Shown: positions 38,224-51,379 of the stretch, in pieces
Numbering within the stretch: position 1 is the first letter of the stretch
How the letters are laid out: each line of letters opens with the position of its first letter
Source of the DNA: Hypanus sabinus
Taxonomy: Eukaryota
DNA length: 64,000 nt
Assembly: GCF_030144855.1 (NCBI RefSeq)
Contig: NC_082730.1
Span: forward strand, 14,694,001 to 14,758,000
Direction: 5' to 3'
Position numbers and translations under genes: made by a program
Notes under the pieces: generated by a model
Database searches by the model: none
Seen by the model: only the letters and a program-made list of their open reading frames with translations
Told to the model about the DNA's origin: nothing

Positions 38224-38487
38224 TTGCAAACAAGTGCCACATCTGCCCCTACACCCCCTCCCTCACTACCATTCAGGGCCCCAAACAGTCCTACCAGCTA
38301 TGGGTTTGCTGGGTCATCTACCATATCCAGTTCTCCCAGTGCCAATTCATGTAAATTGGTGAGATCTGACATAGATTGGGAGACTCCTCGCCAAGCACCT
38401 ATGCTCCATTCACCAGAAAAAAACCTGGATCTCCCAGTGTCCACCCATTTCAGTTCTACTTCCCTCTCAGTCCATGGCCTCCTCTAC
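38224..38487 (+). mobile_element. Degenerate Penelope GIY-YIG fragment abutting the V4 pseudo-exon intron
   Basis: DLPVSTHFSSTS...HGLLY resembles the 58716..59042 ORF. Confidence 0.6.
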
Positions 38488-38537
38488 TGAGACATTTATT
38501 TTGTCGGAAGTACAAAATCAGTCTCTGAGAAATCTAC

Positions 38538-38852
38538 CATCAGATACTTGTAGATGTACATTAATCATCAAATTAGGACCTGTTGTTATAGTTCCACAGC
38601 TGTACCATCCTGTATCTCCAGAGGGAAGATCCTCCATAGTAACAGTAAATATTCTCCATTCCATGTTATCTGTGATTGACACAATTCCCCTCCATCTGTG
38701 TTGCCCTTTTGTTTCCAATAAAACTGAACATTATTGAGTCCATCCATGGTACCAATACTTTGTGTGTGAGCGGTACTTTGCTCCATAGTGACAATCGATT
38801 GTGATCACTCTTCCCTCAACTCCTCTTACATATTTGTCTGCCCACAATGCAC
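38538..38852 (-). pseudogene. V-set Ig pseudo-exon, unit 4
   Basis: 315 nt with intact splice sites, but an in-frame TAA at 38731-38733 (WTQ*C versus WTRQC/WTHQC) and KYWC->KYWY loss of a conserved Cys. Homology to the other units ends at ~38488; no C2 exon follows. Confidence 0.85.
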
Positions 38853-39379
38853 CTGAAACTGAGGGAGGCATTTTCAGATTTGAGGGGAAAGGAACAACTT
38901 AACGTAAAAAATATTTTTGAACTTGACTGTAAAATCAGGTCCAGGTCACATCAATGATTTTGGTCTGAAGTGCAGTCAGTGTTGTTACTGTGTCAGTGCT
39001 CTCTCCCCTGTGTCAGTACATTGTGGGTTCACTTCCCACTCCAGAGTCCTGAACAGAAACCCAAGGCTGACCTTCCATGAGGGAGAGCCGCAGTGTTGAA
39101 TTTTCAATTACCTCAGATTATGATCAGCCTTTCAAAAGTACACAATGATGCCAGGTATTTCATTGGGGAGGCTTCCAGACTTGTGTATATGTTTATTTGT
39201 CTCAGATTCCAGGGAACTCTTGGGTTGAGACGGGGGCTGGTAGGATCACTTGAGGCCAATGTCCTGACTTGTTCCTCACATACAATCTTATAAGCTGCAG
39301 ATAGAAACCACTCATGATGTCTGAAACTGTGCCCTCTGGTTCTGATGAAAAGTTTATATTTTGTACCTTTCAGGTATTT

Positions 39380-39456
39380 CTATGTGTAGTTAGAAGGTGG
39401 TGCAACAGTGGTCGTTGCCACTTCAGTGCCTTGAAATCCAGGTATGATTTCAATTT
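39380..39456 (-). other. Paralogue of the EIE exon-like segment (EIEIIPGFQGTEVATTTVAPPSNYT*)
   Basis: Acceptor caccttacag|AA; same 77-nt length to TAG as unit 2. Confidence 0.4.
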
Positions 39457-39689
39457 CTGTAAGGTGCATTGAGTATTTAAATACAATGTATTAATTACTT
39501 CTGGAATAAAACATCACATATTGATAATGATAATGAACAGCTACCAGACTGTCAAAATTCCATCTGGATCAGAAAGGCCTTTCAGGACAGAAATCTCTGA
39601 TCGCAAGACGATGACATCAATTGTTGTAGTGATCTCTGTTGAGTAAGATCAGATTCTAGGAATGGTAAAACTGATGTTCATGCTTAACA

Positions 39690-40030
39690 CCCTCCAGGAG
39701 ATTTCTCCAGCAGGACATATTCTTCCCCCACCTGGTTCCACACTATTCCCCTTTTCTCCTTATCTGCTTCCATCTCTCACCCACCTCCAAACTGCACCCT
39801 ATTTCATCCCTATTCCATTTGCCTGTCGTGCTTCACTCCTCCTCAGTCCCTGACCACTAAGTGGATCCAGTCTGACACCTCCCCCTCTCCTATTTACACT
39901 ATCTCCCTCTCCACTCACACTTGATACAGGGTCCCGGCCCAAACCGTTGCCATTTTCCCCTCCCCCAGACAAATGCTGTTTGACCCACTGAGTTCCTCCA
40001 GGAGTGTACTATGACCTCTAGTTTCTGACA
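39690..40030 (+). mobile_element. Penelope-like 3' tail, same site as in unit 3
   Basis: Colinear with 22030-22380 and with shared flanks. Confidence 0.65.
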
Positions 40031-41459
40031 TCTTTAGTGTCTACAGATATTCAAGCACTGTTATGGAAACAGTTTAGAGGCAACGTCATTGGATATATTT
40101 AAAGTGGAGATTGATTAGTAAGGGTGTCAAAAGTTTCCGGGAGAAGACAGGAAAATAAGAGAAAAGAGAGAAATAAGCAATGTTTGAATGGTGGAGTAGA
40201 CTCTATGGGAAGAAAGGTCTAATTCTGCTTCCATGTCTTGGTCTTATGGTCTTCTAATACAGGAAACATTCTGGTTAACCTCCTCCACAATCTCTCCAAT
40301 GTTTCCACATCCTTCCTGTGATGCAGCAAATACATCTACACACCAACCACAAGTGTGCCCTAACCATAGTCTTATACACTTGCAGCATGAATAGTTGAAT
40401 GCTCAGTGCTGGTCCAATGCCATAAGCTCTCTCCACCAAGTACTTTACTATCTCCCTCTTTTTGGGGAGTTATTGACTTATAATCATTCTGGATCTGCCT
40501 TAATAAGAATTCAAACAAACACATTTGGGGAACTTGCTGCTGAGGAAGGAGTAAAGCTGTATATTTAGATGAAATATTCTTTGCTTCAGTGACCTTATAG
40601 AACTCTACTGATCTTATGGAGAGGCTTAGAACCATGAGGGGCACATAAAGAGTAAGTCACACAATCATTTTCCCAGAGAGAGTGATGCCTGGCCAATTTT
40701 TTAGAGCCTTGGGTGCAGTCTTCAAGAAGGCCCCATAATGGAGGTTGATCTGGAATCCATGGAGAGAAAACTAGGAAGAATCAACATTGGCTTGTGGTAG
40801 GAAGCAGAAGTTGGCGTTTGAAGGCTGTTTCTTGAAATGGAGGTTTGCGACTCTTGTCAATCCACAAGTATCAGTGTCTAGGCCCTTGTTATTCCTTATT
40901 TATTTATATCAATCGTTTGGGTGCAAACACACAAGTAAGTCAGTGGAGGGCACAACATTAAGAGATGTTACTGATACTGGAGAAAGTTGTTGTAGATTGC
41001 CGGAGTATCTTAATCAGCTAAGGAGCTGTACTAAGGAGAGGCAAATGGATTTCAAACATGTAAGTGTGGATGTTGGTCGTCTCATGGGGCTGCCCACCAT
41101 GGCATTCCTGGACGCTCCAATGTGCTTCTTGTATGAGCTGCTCCTGCACACCTTTTACTTCCCTGCATTCGTCTGCTGACTGGATTTGCCTTGGTGGTCT
41201 GTGTGTAACCCTTAGGCTTGGCCAGCATGTGTTTGTCTAGGGGAAAACAACTCTTGGCCCCGCCAAACTGAGAAATCTCGTTTGTGTGGATGCTATGTAA
41301 TGTACTGCCCAGTTACAAATCTTCGCCGCAAAATGTCAAGCAGTACACAATATGCAACTAACATTGAACTTTATAAATCATAATCTGAATAAAGAAAATA
41401 GAAAAAAGGGCTTATTTTAAGGAAAAATGTCTATTGTGCATTGTTGGAGCTCACTAATA

Positions 41460-42345
41460 TGGATATCCATCAACCATTGACTTCCTCCGAGCATAGCCAG
41501 CCCTCAGACCCTCGCTCCTCAGTCCACTACATCCGGTGGTCTTCCGACTCTCTCCATTCGGGTCCTCTCCCTCCACCACTCCCTGACAATAGACCGCGAA
41601 AAACCCGTCTCCCAGAATCACAAGGAAGAACAACATTTTCCTATTGGCTAACCCCTGCATACCAAAGCCCTGTTATCTCTAGCCATAACCCAAACAGGGA
41701 AACCATTTCCTTAGCAGTAAAACATTACATAGAAGCCATTACATTAGGCTTAACAGTGAGACCTTACAGCGTGCAACACGGGTCACCATCTGGCAGCGGA
41801 GGAAGTCCGCAGTGAATGTCTCTTTATGTACAGGTGCTTTCCTTGTACATTGGGGACCTGGGGTGGAAGGTGTTGCATCGGGAAATACTGTACAACAAAT
41901 TCTTAAGCAGGTTCACTGACACCCCGTTCAGTTTTCACTCTGCGGGCAGAAGGAGTCAGTGTACCATGCAGACACAGAATGTGAGATGTTGCAGCCCCCC
42001 CTTCGAGCTGCACTTTAGACACACGCTCCACATGTATAAGCGCCCAGTTTGGAAGGGGGCGGGCGGGAGGAGAATCTCCTGGTGGGCTTGTTCCTCATCT
42101 TGGCCAAAATGCATCTAGGTGGTGGAAGGCAGAGGGTGCTGCCCAGGCCAACTGCCGGCCCCTTTTCCGTGGATACGTTCATGTCCAGCTGTTGCAGTGG
42201 GCACATTGGAGGACTTCCATGAGCGGTGGCTTTCCCCATGGTATAGATGGTAGGAACCATATTTTAACTTGAGTATACTTACTGTCTTGTAAATATTGAT
42301 TGCCTGTACCTTTGTGTTACAAATAAAGTTATATATAGTTTTGTT
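41460..42345 (+). mobile_element. Tx1/L1-clade LINE ORF2 C-terminal remnant
   Basis: SLY...YIGDLGWKVLHR...NKFLSRFTD resembles the zf-RVT region; A-rich 3' end. Confidence 0.65.
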
Positions 42346-43119
42346 AAAAAAAATGATACAGTTTGGAAAGTCAACCCACTATCTGATTTGGTGCCAGGGT
42401 ACGTAATGCAGCAGAGTAACCTGGGTGTATAAGTGCATATTTTACTAAAACCCATGCAGAGGAGATATAATAAATATTTAGCACACTGGCTTTCATCAGT
42501 CAGGACACCAAGTACAGGAATTGGGATATTATATAGCAGTTGCATCATTTGTTGTCGAAGCCACGCTTGGAGTATTGTCTATAGTTTTCATCACCCTGCT
42601 AGATGAAATATATGGTTAAACCAAAATAGTGCAGAGAACTTTTACAAGGATGTTGTCTGGACAAAAGGGCATTGAGTTACAGTGAGAGGTTGGCCAGGTT
42701 AGGTCAGTTTTCCTTGGAATGCAGGAAAATGAGGAGTAACCTTATAGAAGTGTTTAAGATTAAGGGAGACACAGATGAGGTAGATGGTAACAGTTTTATT
42801 TCACCCCTGGGTAGGGGACTCCAAAGATAAGGCCATAGATTTGGGGTGAGAAGGGGCAGATTTAAAAGAGACCCGAGGGCCAACTTTTTCATACAAAGGG
42901 TAGTGAGTGTATGGAAAGTTCAAAGTAACTTTGTTATCAAAATAAATACATGTCACCACATAAAAAACCTGTGATTCATTTTCCTGTGGGTAAACAGAAT
43001 GAATCACAATAGAATCAATGAAAAACCACGTACAACAGAAATGGACAAAGAACCAACAAGTAAATACAAAAAGAAAAGCAGAAATGATAATATAAACATA
43101 TCAAAAATACATAATAAAA

Positions 43120-43770
43120 GACTAACAAATTCAAGATGATAAATACAGATAATGACAAGAAAGAACAGAAACAATCCAACACATTACAGGATCCTGTAGC
43201 AGTTTAACTCAATCTGTTTACTTACATAGGCACAAACAAGTGGCAAATATCATTCATCAGAATCTTCCTTTAAAACACAAATTCAGAAATGAAATCACAC
43301 TTTACCATAAATCCAAGCCTGCTCCTGTTTTAGAGTCAGAATACCACAAATCAAATTACAACTGATCTGTTATTACAGATAGGACAATCTATAATAACCC
43401 TAAAACAAGATAAATAAGTAAGAACAACTTATTTAGTAGTTATAGCTATTCCAAACCCACATAACTTAGAGAAATTAATAAATGAAGAACAGCAGAAATA
43501 TGCTGAATTAAAAGAGGAAATTGAAAGACTAGGGAACATGAACAGGATATACATTGCCTGATAGTAAAATCTACAACTGGTATCATCCTAAAGGTACTAC
43601 AGAATAGCATTAAATGATTAAGGTTGCACAGTAATATCTATGTAAATCCTCAGAAAGCCACAATACTAAACACTGCTAGAACAGTTGGAAAGCTCTTAGT
43701 AATTGAGAAGTGCGTGTGCTTGGCTATCCCCATACCTCAGATTTTACCAGTTTAAGCTGAGAAATATTTT
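43120..43770 (+). mobile_element. R4/Dong-clade (restriction-like endonuclease) non-LTR remnant
   Basis: Frameshifted translation QHITGSCSSLTQSVYLHRHKQVANIIHQ...ITDRTIYNN...KYAELKEEIERL...QKATILNTAR. Confidence 0.7.
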
Positions 43771-45419
43771 TAAAAAATAATATGTGGTGCTCTGTTTGTC
43801 GCGCTTGACCTTGTATGCTGTGTCCCAGCAGTCTACATGATAAGCAAGCCAATACAATATAGAGTAAGCTGTTGCCCAGGTAGTAGGCTCGCCTTCTCCA
43901 CACAGCCAATAATTCCAAAGAAATGGCAGATATAAATAGTTTGGCACCAGTGGCATCATAGAAGCTGCCAATCAGCATTGAACTCAATGTAGGACTGGAA
44001 TAGGGACTCCAGCTCTGGATACTCCCCAAGCCTTAACCATGAGTGGGTATTACAGCAAGGCAGCACAGGTTTGAGTTGTGGAGTCTTCCAGAATAAGTGA
44101 TTGAGGCAGGTACAAGAGGCACTTGGATAGCTACATGGAGGGGCAGGGCACTGAAATTTACAAAAAGTATTGTGAAAGTGTGAAAAATAATTAAATTAAA
44201 TTAAATAAGTAGTGCATAAAGGAGGAAAAATAGCACTGTAGTGTTCATGGGTTCACTGTCCATTCACCAATCTGCTGCTGGACAGGTTGAAGCTGCTTCT
44301 GAAACACTGATTGTTTGATTTAAGGCTTGAGTACATTCTCCTTGATGGTAGCAATGAGGAGAGGGCCCTCAATGATGGATGCTGCCTTTTTGAGGCACCG
44401 CCTTTTGAAAGTGTCCTCGATTGTGAGAAGATAGTACCCACAATAGAGTTGGCCGGGTTTAAACTTTCTGCAGATTTTTCCAATACTGTACAATTATCCC
44501 TCCATATCAGACAGTGATGCAATCAGTTAGAATGCTCTCCACTGTACATCTGTAGAAATCTGTGAGTATCTCCGACGACATACCAGGTCTCCTCAAACTT
44601 CTAATGAAATATGCCGCTGTTGTGCCTCCCTTGTAATTGCATCAATATGTTGGGCCAAGAATAGATCTTCAGAAATGTTGAAACAACTGCTCATCCTTTC
44701 CACTGCTGATCCCTCACTGTGGACTGGTGTGTGTTCATTTGATTTCCCCTTCCTGAATTGGGATCAGCTGGGATGGGCACTGGTCAGCATGGACAGACTG
44801 GGCTGAAAGGTCTTTACCCATGCTGTATTGCTCTGTAACTCTACGAGATCATTGTGAATGCTGAACTGAGCCACATGGAAACTGAACTTGTGAGATACAA
44901 AAGAACTTTATTCAACACAGCAGAACTAGAGAATCTATTTCTGCTCTCTCCAAACTTTAGTACAGTGATGCTTTATAATTTATAAATAAAAAGACAACAA
45001 TCAGTGATTAAATGCATTTTAATAGTTATTGTTACTTAATGTTTAATTTTTGAAAATAGACGGGCAACTTTTGCAGAATTGCATATTTACAATGGGAGAA
45101 CATCCCAAATGAAAAGCATATCTGAATTTTAATAGTCTCATGGCACATCCAAGAGCTTCTGAGCATAAACACCAGGCTCCCAAAATATATATCTTTTATT
45201 GCAGAGTTGAACTATGACCCTCTGTCTATACAAAGGCCTTTAATACTGTGTTAATTAAGGAGATGGCCACTTAATGGTTCCCATAATTTTATCCTGAAGG
45301 CTAAATTAAATACAACTTAATATCACCATTGATCTATTGTCTCACACTGGGGTGGTATAGAATCAGATGAGGCCACCCTCAGGATGGAGGAGCTACACTT
45401 TATATTTCACTGGTTAACC

Positions 45420-45780
45420 TCTAACCTGATGGCATGAATATTGGTTACTCCATCCTGTTAAATAAAAATCCTTTCCCCTTCACTCTTCTTCCCCACTTCT
45501 TCCCCTCAACTGTCTATACCTCCCCCTGGGACCCCTCCTATGGTCCACTCTCCTCTCCTATCAGAGTCCAGCCCTTCATCTCCAGCTTTTGTCTTTCAAA
45601 CTCACCTGGTTTCAGCAATCACCTTCTAGCTATCTTCCTTCCCCTCCTCCTCCTTTTTATTTTGCATCTTCACCCTTCCTTTCCACTCCTGATGAAGAAT
45701 CTTGGAACTAAACATCGACTCTTCATCCACTCCCATGGATGCTGCCTGTTCCTCCAGCGTTTTGTGTGTGTTGCTTTAGA
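45420..45780 (+). mobile_element. Degenerate Penelope-like tail
   Basis: Pyrimidine tract followed by cctgatgaag...aaacatcgact...ggatgctgcc. Confidence 0.55.
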
Positions 45781-45919
45781 ATCAGAACCTCTCACACTCA
45801 GTGATTGGTTTCAAAACCCTTCGACAATCTGGATTACATTGTATTTCAGGAAGCCTTGTTCCCATGTTTAATTAATTCCAATTATCTAGATAACTTCACA
45901 ACTCCTGGATAATACATGG

Positions 45920-47070
45920 CAGTGAAGAAAATGATTGATAAGGGGAGTGCAGTGGATGGTCAAAAGACATGGTCTTTTGTTAACCAGTTGCATGGTCCCT
46001 CATATTATGGCTGGTCCAGAAAATTAAGTAATACTGGATCGATACTGAATTTGTAAGTTAGAAACAAAGTTGGCATGTTGACCGACAACTAAGGCCGTGG
46101 TGGAGGGGTGATTATCTGACTGGAAGCCTGTGACCAGTGGAGCTCTGGGAGATTCAGCGCTTGGATCTCTGTTGCTTGTAATAGATATAAGTGATTTGCA
46201 TAAAAATATAGGTAGTTTTGTAGACAAAATAAAATTGTAGGAGCTGTGGATAGTGAAGAATGGAGATGAAGGATACAGCAGGATATAAATCAGCTGGGAG
46301 TTTGGAAAGAGAAAAGGCAGATAGACTTCAAATCACACAAGCATGAGGTGTTGCATTTTGGGAGGTCAAATGCAAGACAAAATTATGTAGTTACTGGCAG
46401 GACCCTTTGGAGCACTGATCTACAATGGGATCATGACATGCAAGTCCACAGCTCCTGAAAGTAAAGATGCGAGTTAACAGGTCAGTAAAGGTGGTGTATG
46501 GCTTGCTTGCCAGCATTGAGGATGAAAGTTGACAAGTCATGTTGCAACTGTGTAAAACTTCGACAATATTTGGAGTAATTGTGTGTAGTTTTGGTCTCCA
46601 CACTATAGAAAGAATGTGGAGGCTTCAGAGATGGTACAATTGAGGTGACCCATGGTTTTGCCTGGATTAGAATGTAATAGCTATATGGAGAACTTGAACA
46701 AAGTTGGAGTGTCAGATCCTGAGGGGGCAAGTTATTGGAAGAGAGTAAAATTATGAAAGGCACAGACAGGGGAGATAGTCATAATTCCCTGGGTAAAAGT
46801 TTAAAATACCATACATTTAGGTGAGCAGTAGAAAACTTTGAAGGGGATGTAGGATGCATTTTTTTTTATACACATGGAGTATAAATAGTGCCTGGAATGG
46901 TTTACCAAGGGACGTGATGCAAGCAGATACAATAGCAACATCGAGAAGTTATTTAAACAGACACATAGTCAGGTAAGAACATGTGCAGGCAGATGGGATT
47001 AGTTAGATTGGAATAATGCTCAGCACAGACAGAGTGAGCCAAAGGGACTTGCCCTGTGTTATACCCTGAT
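45920..47070 (+). mobile_element. Degraded CR1 RT to 3' end
   Basis: WKPVTSG...GSLLLVIDISDL remnant and CR1 tail. Confidence 0.65.
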
Positions 47071-47985
47071 ATGATCTATATTCTATATTTTTTGTTTCAC
47101 TGAAATTGCCTCAGAAGGTGAGAGGGTAGATTTCCAGTCAGTCTCATACAGCTATCTCTCATTATATAACAAACTCAAAATCCCAAGAATCCTTCAGAGA
47201 AAACTTTGCTGTACTCAATCCATCATAAGTGTATCCTTCCTCGGGTGGAAAGAACCACACTTGTACAAAATGGTCCAGATGCAGTCTTACCAGGGCTCTG
47301 CATAATTGGAACATGATAATCACTCTGTTAACATTTAAATAGTTGAAAGAAGTGATTGTGGAAGGTGTGTCTTGAGTGAATATTGTAGAACTCAGAAAGA
47401 GAACCAAGACCATTTTGGCACTTATAGAGGTGATCTAGCCTCCTAGAGGACAATAACTTTGTCATGGTTTGGAGGCTTGTGCACCCCAATGACCCAGAGA
47501 ACTATGCTGGCTGGAGAACTATGCTGTGGCTCTTGGTAGGGCAACCCTTGCCAAACAGGTCAAAGCGTAGAGGCCAGGCTAGGAGCGGTCCACCGGTCCT
47601 CCAGATTCGAGGGTTCAGCTCAGGGCTAACAACCCAGACTGGTCAAACAAAACAGTTATAGAATCAGCAGTGAAGAATCCTTCTGCATCCGAGTGTGATG
47701 GTATTGCTGATTCTCAGCCTGGAATTTGCATGACTAACAATAGTGAAAACTGAGAGGAAGCTACTGACATGATGAAGGAAACCTTGAACACATCAGAGAC
47801 GGAGGACCTTCATTGGTATCCCAAATGCCAGCGGTGTAATGGGCAGTAACACAGAGATGACTTAGACATTGCCAATTGGTTATACTTGCTGATGAAAGGG
47901 AACTGGAAAGGGGCTCGGGTGGAAGAAGCAGCTCAGATTAAGATTGAGAAAGTAATTATCTGGATAGATTAAAGCAAACGAGTAA

Positions 47986-48932
47986 CACTCAGTGGCCACT
48001 TTATTATGTACACCTGTACATCTGCTCATTGATGCAAATACCTAATCAGCCAATCATGTGCTAGCTATGTGATGCATAAAACCTTGCAGATCTGGTCAAG
48101 AGGTTCAGGTGTTGTTCAGACCAAACATTGGAATGGAGAAGAAGTGTGACATAAGTGATTAACAAAGTAAGGTCTGGTGAGTGGCAGTTCTATTTGTGCA
48201 AATGCCTTGTTACTGAGAGAGGTCAGAGATGTTGGAAACCACTGCATTTTTCAGTAATGCTTTCTATAAGATTTGTACTTTTAAAAAATTCATGTATATT
48301 TTACTGTATGTGTTGGTTTGTCCCCACTCATGGCAGAAAATGATATAGCAGTTAAACTAATGGTTTATCATCTTTCTCATTTTTCACTGGCTGAATATTA
48401 GCACATTACCCATATGAGGTAATTGTTTTAATTGTGTATTGTATTAAGCCATTTTTTTCTCTATAAGGAATTTTACTTGGCTATACAAGTGATGGACTTT
48501 TCAGAGGTGCCATCTTTCAGCTTTTCCATTCTTTGCTGTTCATTTACCTCATACTTTGTTACTCAGCTCTTTATTTAGTTTGCTTTGTAGTTGTTTGCTT
48601 GTTCATACTTTAAAATAAACAATCATTAAAATTAAGATGCTCATCATTCCTGACTCCCAGAAGAACCTGAAGAAAGATTAAATAACCAGAGAACTGATAG
48701 AGGACAATGGCCAGGCTGGTTCAAGCTGACAGGAAGCGGACAGTAACTTAAATAAGCATGCCTTTCAACAGCAGTGTGCAGAATAATATTTTCAGTGCAG
48801 AATAATATTTTCAATGCAGAACATGCTGACATGCATGCTTTTATGCATTGAGTTGGTGCTACATGATTGGCTGATTAGATATTTTCATTAACAAGCATCA
48901 ACAAGTGTACCTAATAAAGTGGCCTCTGAGGG
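47986..48932. mobile_element. Non-autonomous Tc1-family element with both ITRs, just 3' of the ITIM stop codon
   Basis: cactcagtggccactttatt...aataaagtggcctctgag. Related fragments at ~10480-11025, 18160-18720, 20010-20420, 30030-30510 and 35950. Confidence 0.7.
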
Positions 48933-49015
48933 CAACTCTTCTGCCTTAATCGATCCAAAATATTATTTTATCAAGCTTATTCCAAGTCTTCTGGTGTACT
49001 AGGAGAGAAAGCTTT

Positions 49016-49231
49016 CTATTTGGGCTTTGCCGGTTGGCTTTGAAATTTGATATCTGCATAGGTAACACTGTCCTCATCAGTAATGGAGTGGACTGCTCTT
49101 GATCTCCTTTTAAATTTCACATTGGCATACACAATTCCACTTTCATTGTTGGCCGACTGGGCAGCTGCCTCATTGTTTCGAACATGGTGTAGATCTGCGT
49201 AAACGACGTTTTCTTCTGATGTGGCCATTTC
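49016..49231 (-). CDS. Terminal coding exon with three ITIM-type motifs (VVYADL, IVYANV, VTYADI), stop TAG
   Basis: Acceptor tcatttcag|GAA ATG, phase 0. Matches ORF 49016..49228. All three motifs fit [ILVS]xYxx[ILV]. Confidence 0.9.
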   Translation of the reverse strand, partial: EMATSEENVVYADLHHVRNNEAAAQSANNESGIVYANVKFKRRSRAVHSITDEDSVTYADIKFQSQPAKPK

Positions 49232-51047
49232 CTGAAATGATAAATGAATTCCAAGATCTGTTTTATGTCTGATGAATGTGAAAGGTGAGGGTGTGAATGG
49301 TTACTGGGAGAAGGCAGGAAAACAGGGCGGAAGGAAAATAAATCTGCCATGATTGAATGGTGGGCAGTCTTGATGGGCCAAAGGGCCTAATTCTGCTCCT
49401 ATACCATATGATTTTATGGTCTTCTGTTCCTGGAAATTTTAAAGATAACTATCTGATGTTTATGCCTCGAGTTCTTTTCTGATCTGTAAGAGGAAAAACC
49501 TTCATTATCCTATAAAACAATTGGCTAGTCTTGCAAACATCTACCAGATCACCCTTAGTTTTCTTTCTTTAAATAAACCCTGATCCTCTCAATCAGCTTC
49601 TAGAATTTAATTTTCCAGAGTGTTTAACAGCTTATGACTCAATGGCTGTGAGAACCCGCTACTAACTGTACAACAAAAGCATGTTGCTTTCCAACACCAA
49701 CACACTGAACCAGTCCAAAGAATTGCACAAGGGTTCAGCAGAGAATAGGTTGAAAATGAACTTGAGAATTATTTGGACCATTTACAATACTTTTATGGTC
49801 TACAGTCTAAATGGTTTGTTGTAGTAGGTTAATTGGTCACATGGGTATAATTGGGTGGCTTGTGGGATGGAAGGACCTGTGACTCTGCTGTATCTCTAAA
49901 GAAAAAAAGCTAAGAAGACCGAATTGCAGGTGTTCATGGGGTTAAATCCAGTGTGTGGGATTTGGGCAGCTGAAGCTACTGACATTGGTGGTGGGATTCA
50001 GAGACTGGAGGATACACAGGAGGAACTCGCATTTCTCTGAGGGTACAGCTCTTGGAGGAAAAGTAATGACAACAAGAGAAAATGTACGGCAGAGCAGAAT
50101 CCTTCAACAATCTCTGCCCTACAGTTGCCTTTGGGAAAGTGAAAGGCAACTGATGAAATTGTGAGATTAAGAAAGCTCATTGATGATATTGACCTTAATT
50201 ATTCAACTTGGAAAAATTAGATCAATTGGGATATTAATTAATATGAACAAGGATTGTTGATAACAGACCTAAGAGTCAATAGACTATTCATACTGTTGTC
50301 AGGATTGGGGGGGGGGTGTCAAGTGAGAAAGTGGCTGGGTGAGGTCAGCACAGAACAGGTATTAACTTATTTAGAGATGCAGCACAGAAACAGGCCATTC
50401 TGGCCCAACATGCCAGCATCACACAATTAAACCCATGTGACCAGATTAACTTACTAACCTCTTTGGAAAGTGGGAGGAAACCAGAGCACTCAGAGGGAAC
50501 CCACACAGTCATGGAGAGAACATAAAACCTTACAGACAGGAGTGTAAATGAGCCCAAGGTACTGATACTGTAATAGTGTGACGGTAACTGCTACATTACT
50601 GTGTCATCTCTAAATTTGTTACTCTTAATTGATCTGACCCTTTTTTTTTATTACAGACGTCACAACAGAGTTGGAGACTCGGAGTATACAAAATGGGAAC
50701 TGAAAAGTCATTGACCTCAAAGAGATTTGCACAATTAGACACTCCATCGCTAACAGCAGTGAAAGGACCAATCTTACTTTTCACCCTTCAGTAATGATAA
50801 AGACTGGAGCTACTTTCCTGAACAGTCAGGCAAAATATTATAGATACACTTTAGGAAAAGCTGGATGAGCAGAACAAAGACAAATAACTAGAAAGATACA
50901 CCAATGGGATTCAATGAGAGAGGGGTTTGTAGGTTAGTGTCTAATAGGAATACTAGACTAGGGATGATGAATGATCTGTAAGCTCCCATGTAACCCAAAT
51001 TTTAAACATTCTGCAGCATTCAGACAATTTATACTTCATGTCCATAC

Positions 51048-51094
51048 CTGGGTTTCATTGTTGCCTCCTCTGTGAGATATGTTGAGCTTGGATT
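51048..51094 (-). CDS. Exon: first cytoplasmic exon (ESKLNISHRGGNNETQ)
   Basis: 47 nt, acceptor gttgtattttccag and donor CAG|gtatgg. Phase 1->0 links the TM exon to the phase-0 ITIM exon. Confidence 0.8.
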
Positions 51095-51379
51095 CTGGAA
51101 AATACAACATTACTTCTAAAAATTCCATATCTGTTACAGACATAAACATTTATTTATGATACAGCACAGAGTTGGCCTTTGTAGCCACCGCAGCTGCAAC
51201 ACAATAATGATTCTCCACATAAAGCAAACCTCTGCTCTGGTTACTGCACAATATTCAGAAAGGATCATCTTGTTTTATACCTCACATTCTCTGCTACTGA
51301 AAACTAGTGTTTACCATCTTTGAACATAATAATAAGGAGTTTGGATTTGAAATTTTATCTTTTTATTGCTACAATTTAC

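Noticed and set aside
50657-50800. Plus-strand acceptor with a long T tract (DVTTELETRSIQNGN*)
   Set aside because: Isolated, with no partner exon or homology; the T tract may be a SINE tail.
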